A DNA stretch of 64,000 nt from Ascidiella aspersa (taxonomy: Eukaryota), in contig OZ004611.1 in the NCBI GenBank assembly GCA_963924565.1, positions 22,010,001 to 22,074,000 of the forward strand, in the 5' to 3' direction. Positions 49,101 through 63,033 of the stretch are shown here, piece after piece. Each line of letters opens with the position of its first letter. Within the stretch, counting starts at the first letter, position 1. The notes beneath the pieces are model-generated. The model saw nothing but the letters and a program-made list of their open reading frames with translations, did not search any database and was not told where the DNA came from. The translations under genes were made by a program, and so were the position numbers.

Positions 49101-52100
49101 CCAATACATATTATTAATGAAAAAAGGCCAAAAATGATAAATTAGAAGATCAGAAATTTACAAATTACTTTGGAGCGATAAACGATCTCTTATCTAATAT
49201 ATAGGGGAATCAGGTGGCACTCTATTTAGAATTAGACAAATACGGCCATTTAACAAAGATTATTATCTAATTTATGTCAGAAACTTTAAAACTTCCAGAT
49301 AAAAAACCGGGTTCGGACAAATACACCAACTGTGCGTTCACTTAGAAACACGACTTTTCGTAACTTGAAAGCAAAACAACCTTCAGTTCATTCAAAGAAG
49401 ATGCACTTTTGTCGCCGTGACGTGTTGTGATGTAGTCGTGATGTAGTTGGACGGGAGGGTCGAGGTTTTGCCTGCGCACTTCTTTTCCAACATTGCACGT
49501 CGTCACCTGATATTTCAAAAAGTGTTTTTCCTTAACTCTTCACGGCGGGTGCCAAGCAATTACTTCAACGTAAAACTTTTTGACCAGTGGCTGTCAATCA
49601 GTGCAAAACGTGCCACTTGAATACTTGACTAGCATTGTAGGATATACGTGGAGGTGGAGGTTTTCCATGTGGTAAACCAAAATCTGATGCGGAGTTTAAA
49701 AAAAACCTTTCTGGCGTAATTTAGCAGATGAAAGTTTAATTTTTATCATATCATCACAAGCTTTTTTTTCGAACAAGTTAGTTTAAACAACATAAATGCT
49801 TTATCCAGGGTGTAGGTATTAGTAGTACTAGGTGGCAAACCACCAGAAAAATAACTTCTACCAAAAGCGAAACAGTAAAAAGACGAATTACAAAACAGTA
49901 AAAAAACGAAATATTTAAATGACTTGATTTGACTTTAATCGTCCATGACTTAATGACCTAACTTGAAATTTAGAGAAGTGATTTGACCTGGCACCTGTTT
50001 ATGTTTTTAATGTTTTTTTCACAGCTGCCTTTAGTGTGGTAATGACTCAAGTCAATAACTTGACTTAAGTGCACTAAAGTCACTATTTTAAATGGTTTAA
50101 CCTGACTTAATTCTTAAGGGTAAAATGACTTGACTTGACTTAAGTCTTTTGGGAAAATGACTTGACTTGACTTAAGTCTTTTGACAAATGGATTAGAACT
50201 TTTTGATCGCCCTCTGGTGCCTTTTTGGAATTCTTTAGTTAATTTATTGCGAGTTTACCAATTTTAATAGCTTAAGCTATAATTTTTATGACACGGACTT
50301 GACTTGGAATCGACTTGCTCTGATTATGACTTGCCTGGAACTTGACTTGTTATTTACTTAAAAAGACTTGACTTTAACTTAAGTTACTTTATAAAAGATT
50401 GACTGGTACTTAAATCTTTTCAAAATGAGTTGTTTACAACATTGGTCCGCCTTACAACTCGACTTACCCAGTCGACGTTCTCGGAGCTGGGAAAAAGTGC
50501 GTCACCGGCGAAAAGCAAGAAGGACACTCGAGAAGTGTCGTCGTCTTTGGCGTTTTTCTTAGATTCTATAGGAACTTCAATTTCCATTGGTTGTGTTGTT
50601 TCGTTGCCTTTCGTGATCACCGGTGAATAAGACATTACTTTAACTGTGCTGACATCCACGCTCGATATCTGTAGAACATCGCAAAGTAAATAGAACTCCA
50701 GGTTTTGCAGTGATCATTTTTAAATGCCTTCCAAAGTCACTACTATTTGTTTGAACATTTGACTTTAATACCGCCTAAAAACGTTTATTTCCAAAAGAAA
50801 AAACTAAAACACTGAACATTTTGGAACAATGATTTTAAACTAATTTGTTTTATTTTTACGTGACTTAAAAATTTGGGGAAAGCAGAAATTCTCACTTATT
50901 TGTTTTGTCTTTTTGCTTTCAACCACTATAGAGACACCTTTTTCCTTGCAAACTGTTTCGTCAGTTTGTCCAAACGTTTATGAGCTAACAAAAGTCTGCT
51001 TTTAAAACGATACTGACGTATAGGCTACATCAAACTATAGTAAACCAGTAAAGCTGCCGTACGTTATGTGGAGCCAATAGGGGCTCTCATGTCCCAGCTA
51101 TACAGAAAATGCCGTGAAAGCGAAGTCATAAAAGTGTAAAAATATTCAAATAATAAAATGTGCCCCAAAATCGGATTGAAAAGCAACTTGTTGGCCTGTA
51201 TTGAACGCACAGTGTATAAAAAGTCACACAGACTGCCTAACCTGTCCGAAAATCTTTTTGCTTCGAAATGCGAGCGTCTGGTTTGCCGGCATCGCCACAA
51301 GACGAATGCCCGCGTTAATTGCGGCCACGGCGTTGTATGTCTGGAGCGCACTCGTGTCCTGCCCCATCGCCTCGATCGACTGGGCTATGTTGTCGCCGAT
51401 TTCGACGATGGCAGTCATCGTGCTTGGCGAGATCTGAGAAAATCAATCCGCCCTCTTTAGTGTTCTAAACTAGTGCCTTTGAACTGATTTAGGTTCAACT
51501 CAAGGTAAAGTTTGCAAAATACCTCGGTGTCCACGTAAAGTCATTTTCAACAAATAAGTCACGTCTGACTTAATACTGACAAAACAACATTTATTTCAAA
51601 AACAAAAAATTGAAACATTGAAATTTATTTTGGAGCAATAATTTTAAACTATATAATTTGTTTTCTATAACTTCTTAATTTTGTTTTTAAAACTATAAAG
51701 TCGAGGTCTCTCTTTTTTAGTTCAAGTTTCAGTCAAGTCATTGCTTTTACAAGTGAATTACAAGTCTTTACTCATTATCAGTTAATTAAATGCTATAAGC
51801 TAAAACCAGAATTTTCTATTTAACGTGTCTGCAAAAGGCAATTATAAACAAACTCTTGAAATTGCGGTAATAACAACGCAACCTATCAGAATATCGGAAT
51901 CAGGTGGTACCGTATAAAGACGTACTTAACTTGACAAGCTTTCTCACAAGTGACTTCACAAGTACGGTTTTGCGAAAGCTTGTCGAGAAATAAATACAAT
52001 TTGTCTTTATACAGTGCCGCCTGATTCCTCTTTTTAGAATTAGACAAATACGACCATAATTATACAAAGATAGCAAAATACCGTTGCGTTTGGGGCAAGA

Positions 52101-55100
52101 AGGGTCGCGGTCATGGCGGAGAGAATGTGCAGAGTCTTGTTTGTGTCTGTGGTGCTGAGTGAGCCTGACGATGTGTACAGCTGAAGCGTGGCGGCCGCAG
52201 CGCTGACGTTTTTCACCTGCGCAAACAAATAAAGTAAGTAAAAAAACAGCTACTCTGGAAAACATATTTCTTCTTTAACGTTTGGATAACCTAATCACGC
52301 TACAAACACCTAATTAAAGACTATAGAGCAGCGATTCTTAAACTGGGGTCCATGGACTCTTTGGGGGTCCGTGAACTAGTTTTATAGGCGATCCGTTAAG
52401 CCCGAATTGAAATATTAGTGTATATTTAAGAAGTAATCAATTTCTTCAAGGAAAGAGTTTAATTAAAAATAAAACGTTTTTCACTGAATGTATTTAGACT
52501 CTATTTTCCTTTCACATTTTGTTGACCGAAACTGCTGATTTCTAAAGTCTATTTGCGTTGTGACGTCAATTTATGACGTCATTTTTGAAAATTTCTTGAT
52601 TACCGTGGTCCACGCGAAGCAAAAAATATTTAAAGGTCCGCGGTAGAAAAAGTTTAGGAACCCCTGCGGCTACAGCTATTTTTAATCGCAATTGTTTGTA
52701 TAGCGTTGTTGCTTGCGTTTTCCCCTTATTTGCTTTTCCTATGTATTTGACATAAATTGTACTATATGTTACCCTAAAGAAAGCGATTTAAATAAGTTGC
52801 CGAAACCTTAGATAAGAAATAGGCGACAATTATCATATTATCTGTTTTGATTAATATTATGCCTGCCAACTACATAAACAACTTTAGTATGAAGTTCACG
52901 TTTTAAGCATGTGGTTTATGTTGGTTCGCGTCATACGCTTACCGCTGGTGGTGCGCTAGGAAAACAACTTTTGTACGGGTGGAAAAAAACTTTTGAAAAA
53001 TATTGGTACTGTTGCTGACGTTGGTTATATATCATTTTCTGCCATGGTAAATCAACCTATAATAAAAGGTCTGCCGCTAGAGCTGGAAAGAGTGTTTAAC
53101 CTTTGTGAAAACACAAGTTTGATTTAAGCCAAATTGTTTTACTTTGAATCGACTTTTTTGATCATTGAAAGGGACATTTTTCATTTCGCTTTTGTTAAAC
53201 TCCAGTTAAGCAAAATATTTTTGAACCTATAGTAGTACAATAAAAGCAAAAAGCCATTGTGTTTCGTAGCTACAAAAGTTTGATAACTACTGGGTTAAAT
53301 GAAATCTGTGTAGTTCCGCATGTTGTTTTTGCGTGTGGTTGGTTTATTCACTGTTCTTCGTTTTAAACGGTTTGTATTGTCCGGGTTGCGTAACTAAGTG
53401 AAACCAAGCGAATCAGTCATGTTTATCTACTGTATGAATAACTGGTTCGATGGACTTATATGCCAAGGGTGCACTTAAAGCCATGAACCATTACTTTAAC
53501 TAAAATTATGGAAAATCTGTTTGAAATTTTGACTCAAATGACAACCTCGGCTGATTTGCTTATTTTTTTGGTAAATTCAAATTCAGCGTAATTTTGGTCA
53601 CGACAATTTTATTCACTTACCGGTATATCGTCCAGCAACAAACTGCAGTTTGCCGTTTGAAGAGAGTTGATATCAAACTTGACTTTTAAAACGTTTCCGT
53701 AGTCGACCGATTTCTCTTCCTGCGTTACGCACCTTATCGACCCTCTCGAATAACCTGAAGCATTTTTCGAATTATTTGTACGCAATGTAAAAAGTTTTTT
53801 AGCTTTGTGGTATAATATTATAAAGCAGACCTATGGGCAAACTATTGCTCCGGTCCGCCAAGCAATATAATCCGGCCAGCGGCTCATTTTCAATAAAACT
53901 ATTTTAGGAAAAAATAAGCCTTAACATTTTTTTTTATAGATTTTAGAATATTTTATTGAATACGTTCCTCCTGTAAGGCACCCTCACATATTCCTATACA
54001 CCTACCAGCTTGTCAACACACGGTTATATAAAGGGTCTTTTAAAATTAAACACACGTTGTATTAAGTGTATTTCCGACCCCTTTTGACCGACCCCGGTTG
54101 ACCCCTTTTGATCAAAAATATTTGCCCACCCCTGTTTTAAAGGCTACTTTGAAAGTATCTTGTTTTAAATACAGTCTTTCTTTATGAGTATTCGCAATAA
54201 AATGGCTTATACGTAAAAGGCTTTCATTTTAGTTTGTAAATTCGCATTTTGTAAGCTATACGTGTTTACCAAAAGGTCCTAAAAATATAATCATATTTTG
54301 TGAATTGTTAATCATCTTTTTTAACACAAATTACCTTTTTGGCACTTCTCGTTGGAGTAGGCCGTCTCATCAGGCTCTGTTGCGTTGAATGTAAGGTTTC
54401 CAAACGTCATTAGAGAGCATACGGCTGTGGAAAATCAATTAAATTCACCGTCAGCAAATGGGTCTTTTTCAACCAGCTTTGTTTTGTATCGTTAATTATT
54501 TTTGCGTCGTGTTTTTTTTTTCTTTAACAGACGCTTTCCAACACTTTAAACCAGGACTGCGGACTCGGACTCGTGACTCAAAGGAGTCGGTTTGCTTTTG
54601 CTGGACTCGGGTCTCCAGAGTAGGACTATACCCGAGTCCTGAGTCCGACGTGAGAATGCGTATAGTAACAAATTTCGAAACTAATAGGGCCGAAAACTGT
54701 AAATCGTAAAGACGGAATGGCACGTAGTAAAATATTTGCCATCTTCGTATTGTGGATGAATGAAATACCCCGATGAGTGTACTGCTTAATATCCACCTTA
54801 TTTTAGTTACGTAAATATGGCTGAATACAGGCTGTAGAGTTGGGGCCAGACTCGGGACTCGTGGGTCGGACTCGGGTTCTTTTTTTTGGCCGGATTCGGA
54901 CTCGGCAGTCGGACTCGGGTTGTTTTTAACCGAATCCGTAGCCCTGATTTAAATTGTCATTTTATTAAAGCTAAAAATGTTTTAATGATAGAACGCTTTA
55001 AGGGTAAGGGGTGTTTTTTACACTTGAGTAAAATACGAAAAACGGAATAAAGCTAGTTAAAAAAAGTAACCCAAACTTGTTGCTAAGAAAACAAGAAAAA

Positions 55101-58100
55101 ACGGCCTCTTACGGCTTGCTACTGTGAGAACTCACGCATTTTCGGCAGGCCAGATAATTGCGTTAGATTTCCCTGCTTGCTGAAGGCGACGTAGCTGGAC
55201 AAGAGCTGATAACCGTTGACCTGCTTATCACTGACCGACACATAATACCTTGAAAACAGCAACAATCATAGAAAAACAGTTATGTGAGAAGAGCGAGTCG
55301 GCTTCTAAATGTTATTCATTAAATTGAAGGTAAAGCTTGAGTGCAAGCCAGTTGTGAACCAGGCGAATGTACAAGTCTGTGTTTAGCCCACTGCTCCTCA
55401 GATCCACTTTCATCTTTTTTCCCTAACAGCGGTAAAAATGGCTATTTTCCATTTCCCTATTGCGTAACATATAGAGCTAACCGTGTTTTGATTAAAACCT
55501 TTTCTGTTATACAGGTGTAGCATTTATCAAGCATTGTTAAACTCTGTTGCTTAATTTAACGTCACGATACACGTAACCGGTATCCACTGAGGTGTGACCA
55601 GCACCCGAACCGAGCGTTATCGGCGTTTCGCCATAGATTCTACTTTATGCTATTCGATGAGATGCAGCCTGATATAAGGCTTTAAATTTATCGTGTGTAC
55701 TAGGATTTGTAAATATATACTCAACGAGAAATATCAACTGAGTGAAGTGACCTTGCCTAGAGTTCAAGAAGTTAAGGACAGCTATTCTAGCGGCCTGCTA
55801 TTTGGAGTCAGTCTTGACGGGAAACGTGTAAAATAATTTGGCAGCCGGCTAGCACTGATATACCCGTTCTGATGCCGTATTATCGATAGCGACGCCATTA
55901 TTAAAGCATACCAGTGACTTTTGGCAGATTTAACAAACAGTTTGAATTTTTACTGATATTTTATCTTTGGCTTTTTCGCAAGGAAATCATGAATATTCTG
56001 AAGCATGATGTCGTTTATAGTCCTTTGTATCTAATACTTTGACTTACCTTATGGTCGGATTACTGCCCGTGTATGTAACGCCGAGAATAACAACATCGCG
56101 AACCGACGAAGCGCTGTACCGAAACGCCTCTGTCAGTGTCGCGACTGCGGCTTCCAGTGTCGCGTTGTCGACCGGGCGAAGCGCCGCACGCGACACGCGA
56201 CTGGCCGTCGCGGTGGCTACAATTTGTTGCTGAAACTCGTGCAGGTAGACTGGTGGAACTGAAAAAAAGAGTATTTTAATTAACTCGATATCTCATTTAC
56301 ATCATTTCGAGCTTTTAATGACTTTAGCAATTCCAGCTACAGGAGTTTACAAAGATATTTGGAGTGGTGGTGCGATAATGTCAAAGGGTGGAAACGGCTC
56401 AAAATGTCCAAGAATCCCTGATATACCGTGACCTAACTTGGTATATATTGATCGCAATAAATTTTTAAAATAACTTGGTCTAGCTGAATGAAAAGTTAGG
56501 AAATTTTGGAACTATTGGCTTGGTCCCTAAAGCTAACGATTTATTAAAATTTGTTACTAAGCTATCGCAAAGTAATTACCTTGTCAACGTACTGCTTTTC
56601 TGAATTACCTTCACATGTTGGAATAGGCCAGTTTGTGAAAAACTCTTCGAGGTATTTTATACTGTCAAGAAACTCGACCGACTCAAAAGCTTTGCCAGAA
56701 GCTGCCAATGTCGCGATAAGAAGGGTAGAGTTGCATTTTTGCTTCCACAGAACTAACCATACTTTCCGAACCCCGTCGGCAATTCTGAAAAATATTTTTC
56801 GCAATTATATATTTCGAACCTATTCTAAATGCAAGGTTATTTTAGCTTCGCAAATCCCAGAAATACCCTGGTGATATCAATATATAAGTATGTATATTTT
56901 CAGATACCGAATGGGCAAATGTATATAGTAAAAACTGTTGCCCATATTGATTGTGAATGGAAAATACATTTGGTGTTCTGCCGATAATCTTAAGTGCTTA
57001 TCTTTTTATGAAATAAAATAGTGTGTGACAATATGTTGTATTATGAAATGCAAAACAATTTTCTCTGAAGAAATATATTGTCCGCTAAAAGAAGATCTGT
57101 TGTGGCTACCTGTATATAGGCATACATTTGTAAAGAAAAGAAACTATTAGCTATTATTGCTGGTTATTGAGAGACAACTACATTAATCGGCTTTCGCTTA
57201 TGTCACTCCTTATAAAAAAGAATATGGCATATAAAACCTTTTCATTGTTATGGAACCCGAAACCCGGTTTGACAGAAGGTTTCTATAGTTTCTATAGAAG
57301 AACTGCTTCATAAACGCAAACATTCAGATTAAAAAAAATACGAGTTAATACAAAAGCGGGCGTTTGATTACATTGTATCCGAACTTAATTGCTACTATCA
57401 TCGCTTTAATTTTCATCATAGTTTATTTTTGGTCTTTTTTTATTTTTTTAACAACTAAAAGACCTATACCCGGCAAAATAAAAGCGGTTGTGTGTACCTA
57501 CCGGCAGAACGTATTGTGGTCGCTTGCCAAAATCAATTTCCTGTAGTGCTCCAGTAGCATAACGGCAACGGTGGTCGAATTTAGATCGCCACAAATAGCC
57601 GTCAGGTTCTGAATGTTCTCTCCTGGGTATTGGTATTCAGGGACATTGGTCGTGTTGTGGATGGTGATCGAAATGAGTTCCGAGAAACGCTCTTTACTTG
57701 CCGGACACGCCCAGTCGTAAGTGGCACTGCTGTTGCCCGGCACCAATCCAACACTTTCAAGGCCAAACGGTTCGACGGCTAAACTCTAAATAATATAAAC
57801 GAATGAAAGATAATACACACATAGGCTATACGTGGACAAAAACTATAATCTAGCCCTTCTGAAGTTGCTGTTTTATATACTGTGTATTTTACACATTCAC
57901 AAAGGATTACATTTTTATTTCGGATTCAGGTGCCGCTATATAAAGACATATTTTATTAAATGCTTGTCAAAAATTCAATACAATTTGTCTTCATAGTGTC
58001 ACCTGATTGCCCTATTTAGAATTAGTCAAATACTGCAATTTACATAGATTTTTATTTCAGAAATAGATTTTTTTTGTGTTGCTCTTCTGTTTTTCGTGGT

Positions 58101-61100
58101 TGCATAACCTCAATTTAAATAAAAAAATGTCGTTGGGAAGTACCCGTTTAGCATAATATGCGACTGAATACTGCTAGTATAGCGTAGAACTTTCCAATAA
58201 CTTATATATATCCAATTACCTACTCACGAACCTTATGGCGTACTTTTAAATTGTGACGTCAAACGCTTTCATAAGCGTTGCTAGTAAAACAATACCTATA
58301 TACCTTGCCTGAGCTTAACGCCATCCTTCATAGAAAAACACTATAGCGGTATTGTGAAAAACCTAATTAAAATACCTGTAGAATTAGGCGTATCGATGTG
58401 CCAAACGCGGGTATTTTGTCCCAGAACATTGGACAGCCGCCTTTTGCTGTGCACGCCGAAATATAATCCCGAAAGCAATAGAGGCTTTCATTGAAGCTGG
58501 ACCTAAACGTTAAACAATCGCTGACCCTTGTTAGTCGTTTCAGCCTTATTATACCAAATATTTCTACAAGGTGGTACCAAGAAATAGTTACTATAAATAG
58601 AACGTTTGTTAAATGATGCCACTGAGCCCACGAAGCTCAATCAGTAAAGCGACGGATTTTGTTTTGCATGAGGTCGCGAATTCAAACCTCACCACAGGCT
58701 AATTGTTTTTTAGCCTGGTCTGACTTGCGCGTAAATCCTATTTAGGCCGACTGGTTTCTGCAAGCATTCCGAAGGGATTATGTGTGTTAAACAAGTGTTA
58801 AACGTTTCGAGGAAATGTATTTAATATTTCGGGAAAACTGCATGCACATTATTGCACATACACTGCATTTTAGTTTTCTTTGCCTAAACTTAAAATGTAT
58901 ATTTTATGCGACCCTAAAAAAAGTAAACTCCTTTTACCTTGTGGCGTAACGAGCAAAATGTTGAATTTGTGTAAACCTGTTGTTTTTATTTCTTAATTTT
59001 AGTTTTAGGGGAAATTACTTAAAAAAGTGATGTGTATATACACTTATCCTCAATTTGATATACGAAAAGGGTTTGAAGTGGAACAGGATGTTGAAAATTT
59101 TAACAAGTTCTACACCGGGTTTAAAGGAAGAAAAAAGTAATCAGAACTAAGGTTCATGGCATGTCCTAACTTACCTGCATTGCGTTACGTCAGAGTACGG
59201 TAAACCTTTTAGAAAGGGATCCAAACACTTCAGACCCGACGTAAGATTTTTCTTTAAGGTACAGTCCGGCAATACTTGCAAATCTGACGAAAAACGAATT
59301 TTTTAACTCATTAAAATGGGTAAGACGGATATATAGGAACGCGAGGCAATTTTTTCTAAAGCAAAAAACAAGTTAATTAGTGTGTCAGTAGAATAAAATG
59401 AATTTGATCTGGTATGGTTACTGCTATTTGTCATTTGGTTTCAAACTTTGGGAAAAAATGCCATTATGTCATACCTGCTATAAAATTGAAGTGCGCAATA
59501 ATAAAAGTGTTTTCTGTTGAACAACATGCTGTAGTTTGAAATTGTTTAGTGATCTATGTAATATTTTCTGATCCGAATGATATAATCTATATACCACAAC
59601 CCAGATTAGAATAGTTAGAATTTTATGGATGAAATCTTCACACCTAATGTGACCAACGCCTATCTATAATGTGACCAACGCCTATCTATTATATATACGC
59701 GTTGATGTGACGGTTTTATAATCGTTATGCTTAGCGAATAGTAAGAATTGTCCTTTTTTGTGTTTCGTTGTTTATTGAGAGCTATAAGCATAACACATTT
59801 AAACAGACTACTCCCTAAATAAAATCAGTTAATAACATGTGACAAAGAAGCGTGGTTTGATTAATTATAAATGTGTGTTTTAGAAAAGTTCCTGTGAGCG
59901 GATGGACTTGGGCGTGAGTGCAGATAAACTAGCCACAGACCACAATAGAGTAATTCGGCTCTGTAATGAATGGCTATGACTGGTAAATGTAAGTACAATT
60001 TATTGGAGCCAACGAAACACTTTTTCGCAACACTCCGTAATACCTTTTAATTTTTCTGTGCAGATCTCCAAAAAGTTGCGGCGAACCCGCAATTTTTGTA
60101 ATATAGAAAAGCCAAGATGGCTATGTCAAGATTTACAAGCTTGATGTCTAAAACTGAATCTTATAGTCTTAAAACTCGTTCAAACTAAGAAACAGACACA
60201 CATTGTAAACAACGTATTATGTTCAGCATAATTTTATTCGTCGAGCAAAAAGCTCTAGTAAAATTTACATAAAATAGTAGGCTTATAATATTCATCCTGT
60301 TAAAACCCGCTTTGTAATAGTTTAAGCAACCAGCCCAAATGGAAAATTACGTGATTTCATTAATTTAGCCAACTTGATCAGCTTGGATGATTTACCTGGT
60401 TTTACTTGTTTCCCTGTAATAAATACACAGCGCAATATCTCGACTGGCAACAACAAGCTTTTGCAAGTTTTATGTTTTATGGTGTCTGCATCCCCAACCC
60501 TTCAAATATCCAACATTCACTGACGGAGCATATACCGGTTTGATGCTCTTAAAATATGGTAGGTATATAGGGCCAACTGGGCACTTATAATTGAACAAGA
60601 AATATTGTCTTACCGCCCTTTGTTTCTGTTGGGCACCCAGGTGCAACCACAGTGGGTGCGTTACACCCGTCAGATGAACAGATGGTTTTCACACAAGTTA
60701 GGTTGCCTGACACTGGAAATGGAAATAACCGTTGCGTCGTATTGTCGCAGGTCCGATTGATCGACGGGTACTCGCATTGTGCGGTTTCTGCCACAACTGC
60801 ACAGAAAAAAGAAGGGTGTTAGCAGTTTTAAAAACAAGTCGTTTTAAAATAACAAGTCTAAGTCAAGTCACTTGCAAAACTCAATTCCAAGTCATTGTCG
60901 AAGCAAGTCGAGCCTTTTAAAACAGGTTTATCAACAACAAAAAGACATTTACAGATCAAACTATTTTACATGCCGATATTTCGTGAAAAACTATCCAAAT
61001 GTTTAATTTAACTATAAAACACATACCTTTAAGTTAATTCGTGAGCTTCAATGTTTTAATTTCCCGAAAACGAACGTCATTTCTCAGAAAAAGTCAAGTT

Positions 61101-63033
61101 AAGTACAGTGACTTGGGTGCACTTAAGTCAAGTCTTTAAAGACACTTAAGTCGAGTCATTGAGTTATATTTTAAGAGATCAATGGAGGAAATTTCGGAAC
61201 CTTTTCTGTCCCTCAAAACACATTAAAACACTATAATACACAAATTTCACATACAACCACACGCAAGACGGAAACGCACATAAGCGTTTTACCCTAAAGC
61301 AGTGTTCTTAACCTTTGGTAACCTGTCGAACCCCTATATTATTCTGCAAGCTTTTGCCGAACCCCAAATTTTCTCTCAGTATTCGTTTCTTCCTCCTAGC
61401 AGCTGAAACTTGGCATAATCAAATTATAAACTTACATTTATATAGGTGAAATTGGCCAAACTTTCAATTTATAACGTTGCGTGACAACTTGGAAAATAAA
61501 AGAGATTCGAATTTAGCTTGAAATTACGGTATTTATGTTTCAGAGGACGTTCTCGTCGAACCCTTGAAACAGCTGCGTCGAACCCCAAGGGTTTGCGCTA
61601 AACCATTGCGCTAAAGGATGTCATGAAATGTTTTTTAAACCTGAGTAAAGTACAGAATCAGTCATTAAAACCATGTTTTTAACCATGTATAGCTTTATCC
61701 ATTTCTTAATTTTACTAAATCAACCTATTTTCTATGTTTCGTTAATAAAAATTGACAATATATTACGCATTCCCTGGGCAAATTACTTCCTCAATAGGGT
61801 GATTGGCCAACGTTTGTAACCCGACGCTTAATAACGAAATATTTTATTAAACTTTAAGCTTGTAGACGTGTTGCTTATAGAAACGCTTTCTCGATACAAT
61901 TATTAAGGGATCATTATAAAATTTAAATGTAGAATTCATAAAAATGTCGACCTTTTTTTAAAGAATAAATATTAATCGAAAAATAACGCTTTGGTGCCTT
62001 CTTTTCGACGATGTTCTGATTTTCTTGAGGTTACATATTTGTGCATGATTTCGACCTAAAACGGAAAATTTCTTCAAGGCGTAAAATTGTTACATCTTTT
62101 CCGACTAATTTTATTTTGACCCTGGTCAACGCGAACTCAAACTTTTCTTAGGGTTCTAAGTTAAGAAACCCTTATTTGGACATTATTTTGCCATTGGCGA
62201 CCGCTTTTAAGTTTTAATATGATCCGCGTAAAATACGCCCTCTAGTCCAGCGGTTATCAACCATTGGGCCATGGCTCACCGGAGGGCCATAAGAACATTT
62301 TTATGTGGGCCACAGACCAATTTAAAAAGCTAGATTTTGTTTCACTTTTGTCATTATATTTAATTTTACAGGAATAATGGCTTGGGGAGGAATTAAAAAG
62401 GAATGTAAATTTATTTTTCAGCCGCAAGTATCTCACTTATGCACGGTTGAATAAATAATCGATTTTGAAATATGTTCTGCTGTGTTTTGTTCTAAACCTA
62501 TTTTAAAGCTGTTTCTTTCATAAAAATTCTATTTGGCCACAGAATGTTTTTGCAAGGTAAATGGGCCACGAAAGAAAAAAGGTTGAGAACCACTGCTCTA
62601 GACATTCGAAGTGGTTCTAGCCTCTTTCGCCAGATCCGTGTTGATGAAAAGGTTTACTATTTTTTTCTACTCGTTTACGACATTTTAAGAGCCCAACGGC
62701 AGTCAGTTGTAGTCCGGAACCCGCATCTTTTTAAACCCCTGTTTACCTTTGTTCCAACCATATAGCAACTTCTTTGCAATTAATTTTTACTCGTAGTTCA
62801 GGGCGATCAAAGCATAACATTAGTAGTCCTAACAATTGCTTACAAACCAACGCGTTTGATCTGACCAGTTTGCTTACCTGCTTGCGACTTGGCGTCGGTC
62901 AAAGTGTAACGTACGCAGGTTGCCTTGCTTTCGTAAAAGGAGCAGTAGTTCAACGCGTAGGTGTACGCCGTTAAGTTGTTCGTTTCCAAATGGTTCGTCC
63001 CTTGGTAACATTTCAGGATGGACTGAATGGAAA
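43103..63033 (-). CDS. Adhesion G protein-coupled receptor (GAIN/GPS + family-B-type 7TM) with Ly6/uPAR-like, Cys-rich helical, SEA-like and HormR-like ectodomain modules; 5' exon not identified
   Basis: Phase-consistent GT-AG exons: 63033-62878, 60796-60614, 59283-59175, 58502-58376, 57785-57502, 56784-56609, 56258-56048, 55248-55136, 54424-54335, 53754-53621, 52216-52082, 51433-51242, 50668-50456 (or 50468), 49506-49381, 48504-48367 (GPS: CVFWD...WSSKGC...TCRCDHL/TSFALIV), 47376-47267 (TM1 IGCALSICGL), 46847-46640 (TM2-3: HMYVNLLLA, CTAIAAFLQFFFLATWMW), 46164-46035 (TM4 IGYGMP), 45480-45305 (CWI, TM5), 44565-44392 (LGATWIVG...FNAIQ), 43363-43103 (GVLIF, C-tail). Confidence 0.92.
49915..50446. 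mobile_element. GACTT-repeat MITE-like element in an aGPCR intron
   Basis: Same gacttgacttgac arrays and terminal aaatgagttgtttacaacattggt as the 18210/27724 copies. Confidence 0.75.
52329..52666. mobile_element. hAT-type MITE-like element
   Basis: TIR-like ends cagcgattcttaaact / agtttaggaacccctg; TSD not preserved. Confidence 0.6.
53826..54134. mobile_element. hAT-type MITE-like element
   Basis: Ends cagacctatgggcaaa / tttgcccacccctg; flanks ttataaag / ttttaaag (8-bp TSD, 1 mismatch). Confidence 0.6.
54552..54946. mobile_element. MITE with GGACTC subterminal repeats
   Basis: Ends caggactgcggactcgg / ccgaatccgtagccctg; many (c)ggactc(g) repeats; flanks ctttaaac / atttaaat. Confidence 0.7.
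58623..58790 (+). mobile_element. Degenerate tRNA-derived SINE-like remnant
   Basis: A-box-like agctcaatcagtaaagcg and B-box-like gaattcaaacc at tRNA-like spacing, followed by non-tRNA sequence. Confidence 0.45.
60822..61165. mobile_element. Degenerate AAGTC-repeat MITE-like element
   Basis: aagtcaagtc arrays at both ends, in reverse orientation relative to the GACTT family. Confidence 0.55.
61300..61608. mobile_element. hAT-type MITE-like element with CGAACCC repeats
   Basis: Starts cagtgttcttaacc, ends aaccattg; flanks ccctaaag / cgctaaag (8-bp TSD, 1 mismatch). Confidence 0.6.
62248..62595. mobile_element. hAT-type MITE, same family as 8129-8478
   Basis: Full-length similarity to 8129-8478; TIRs cagcggttatcaacc / ggttgagaaccactg; flanks ctctagtc / ctctagac. 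Confidence 0.88.
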
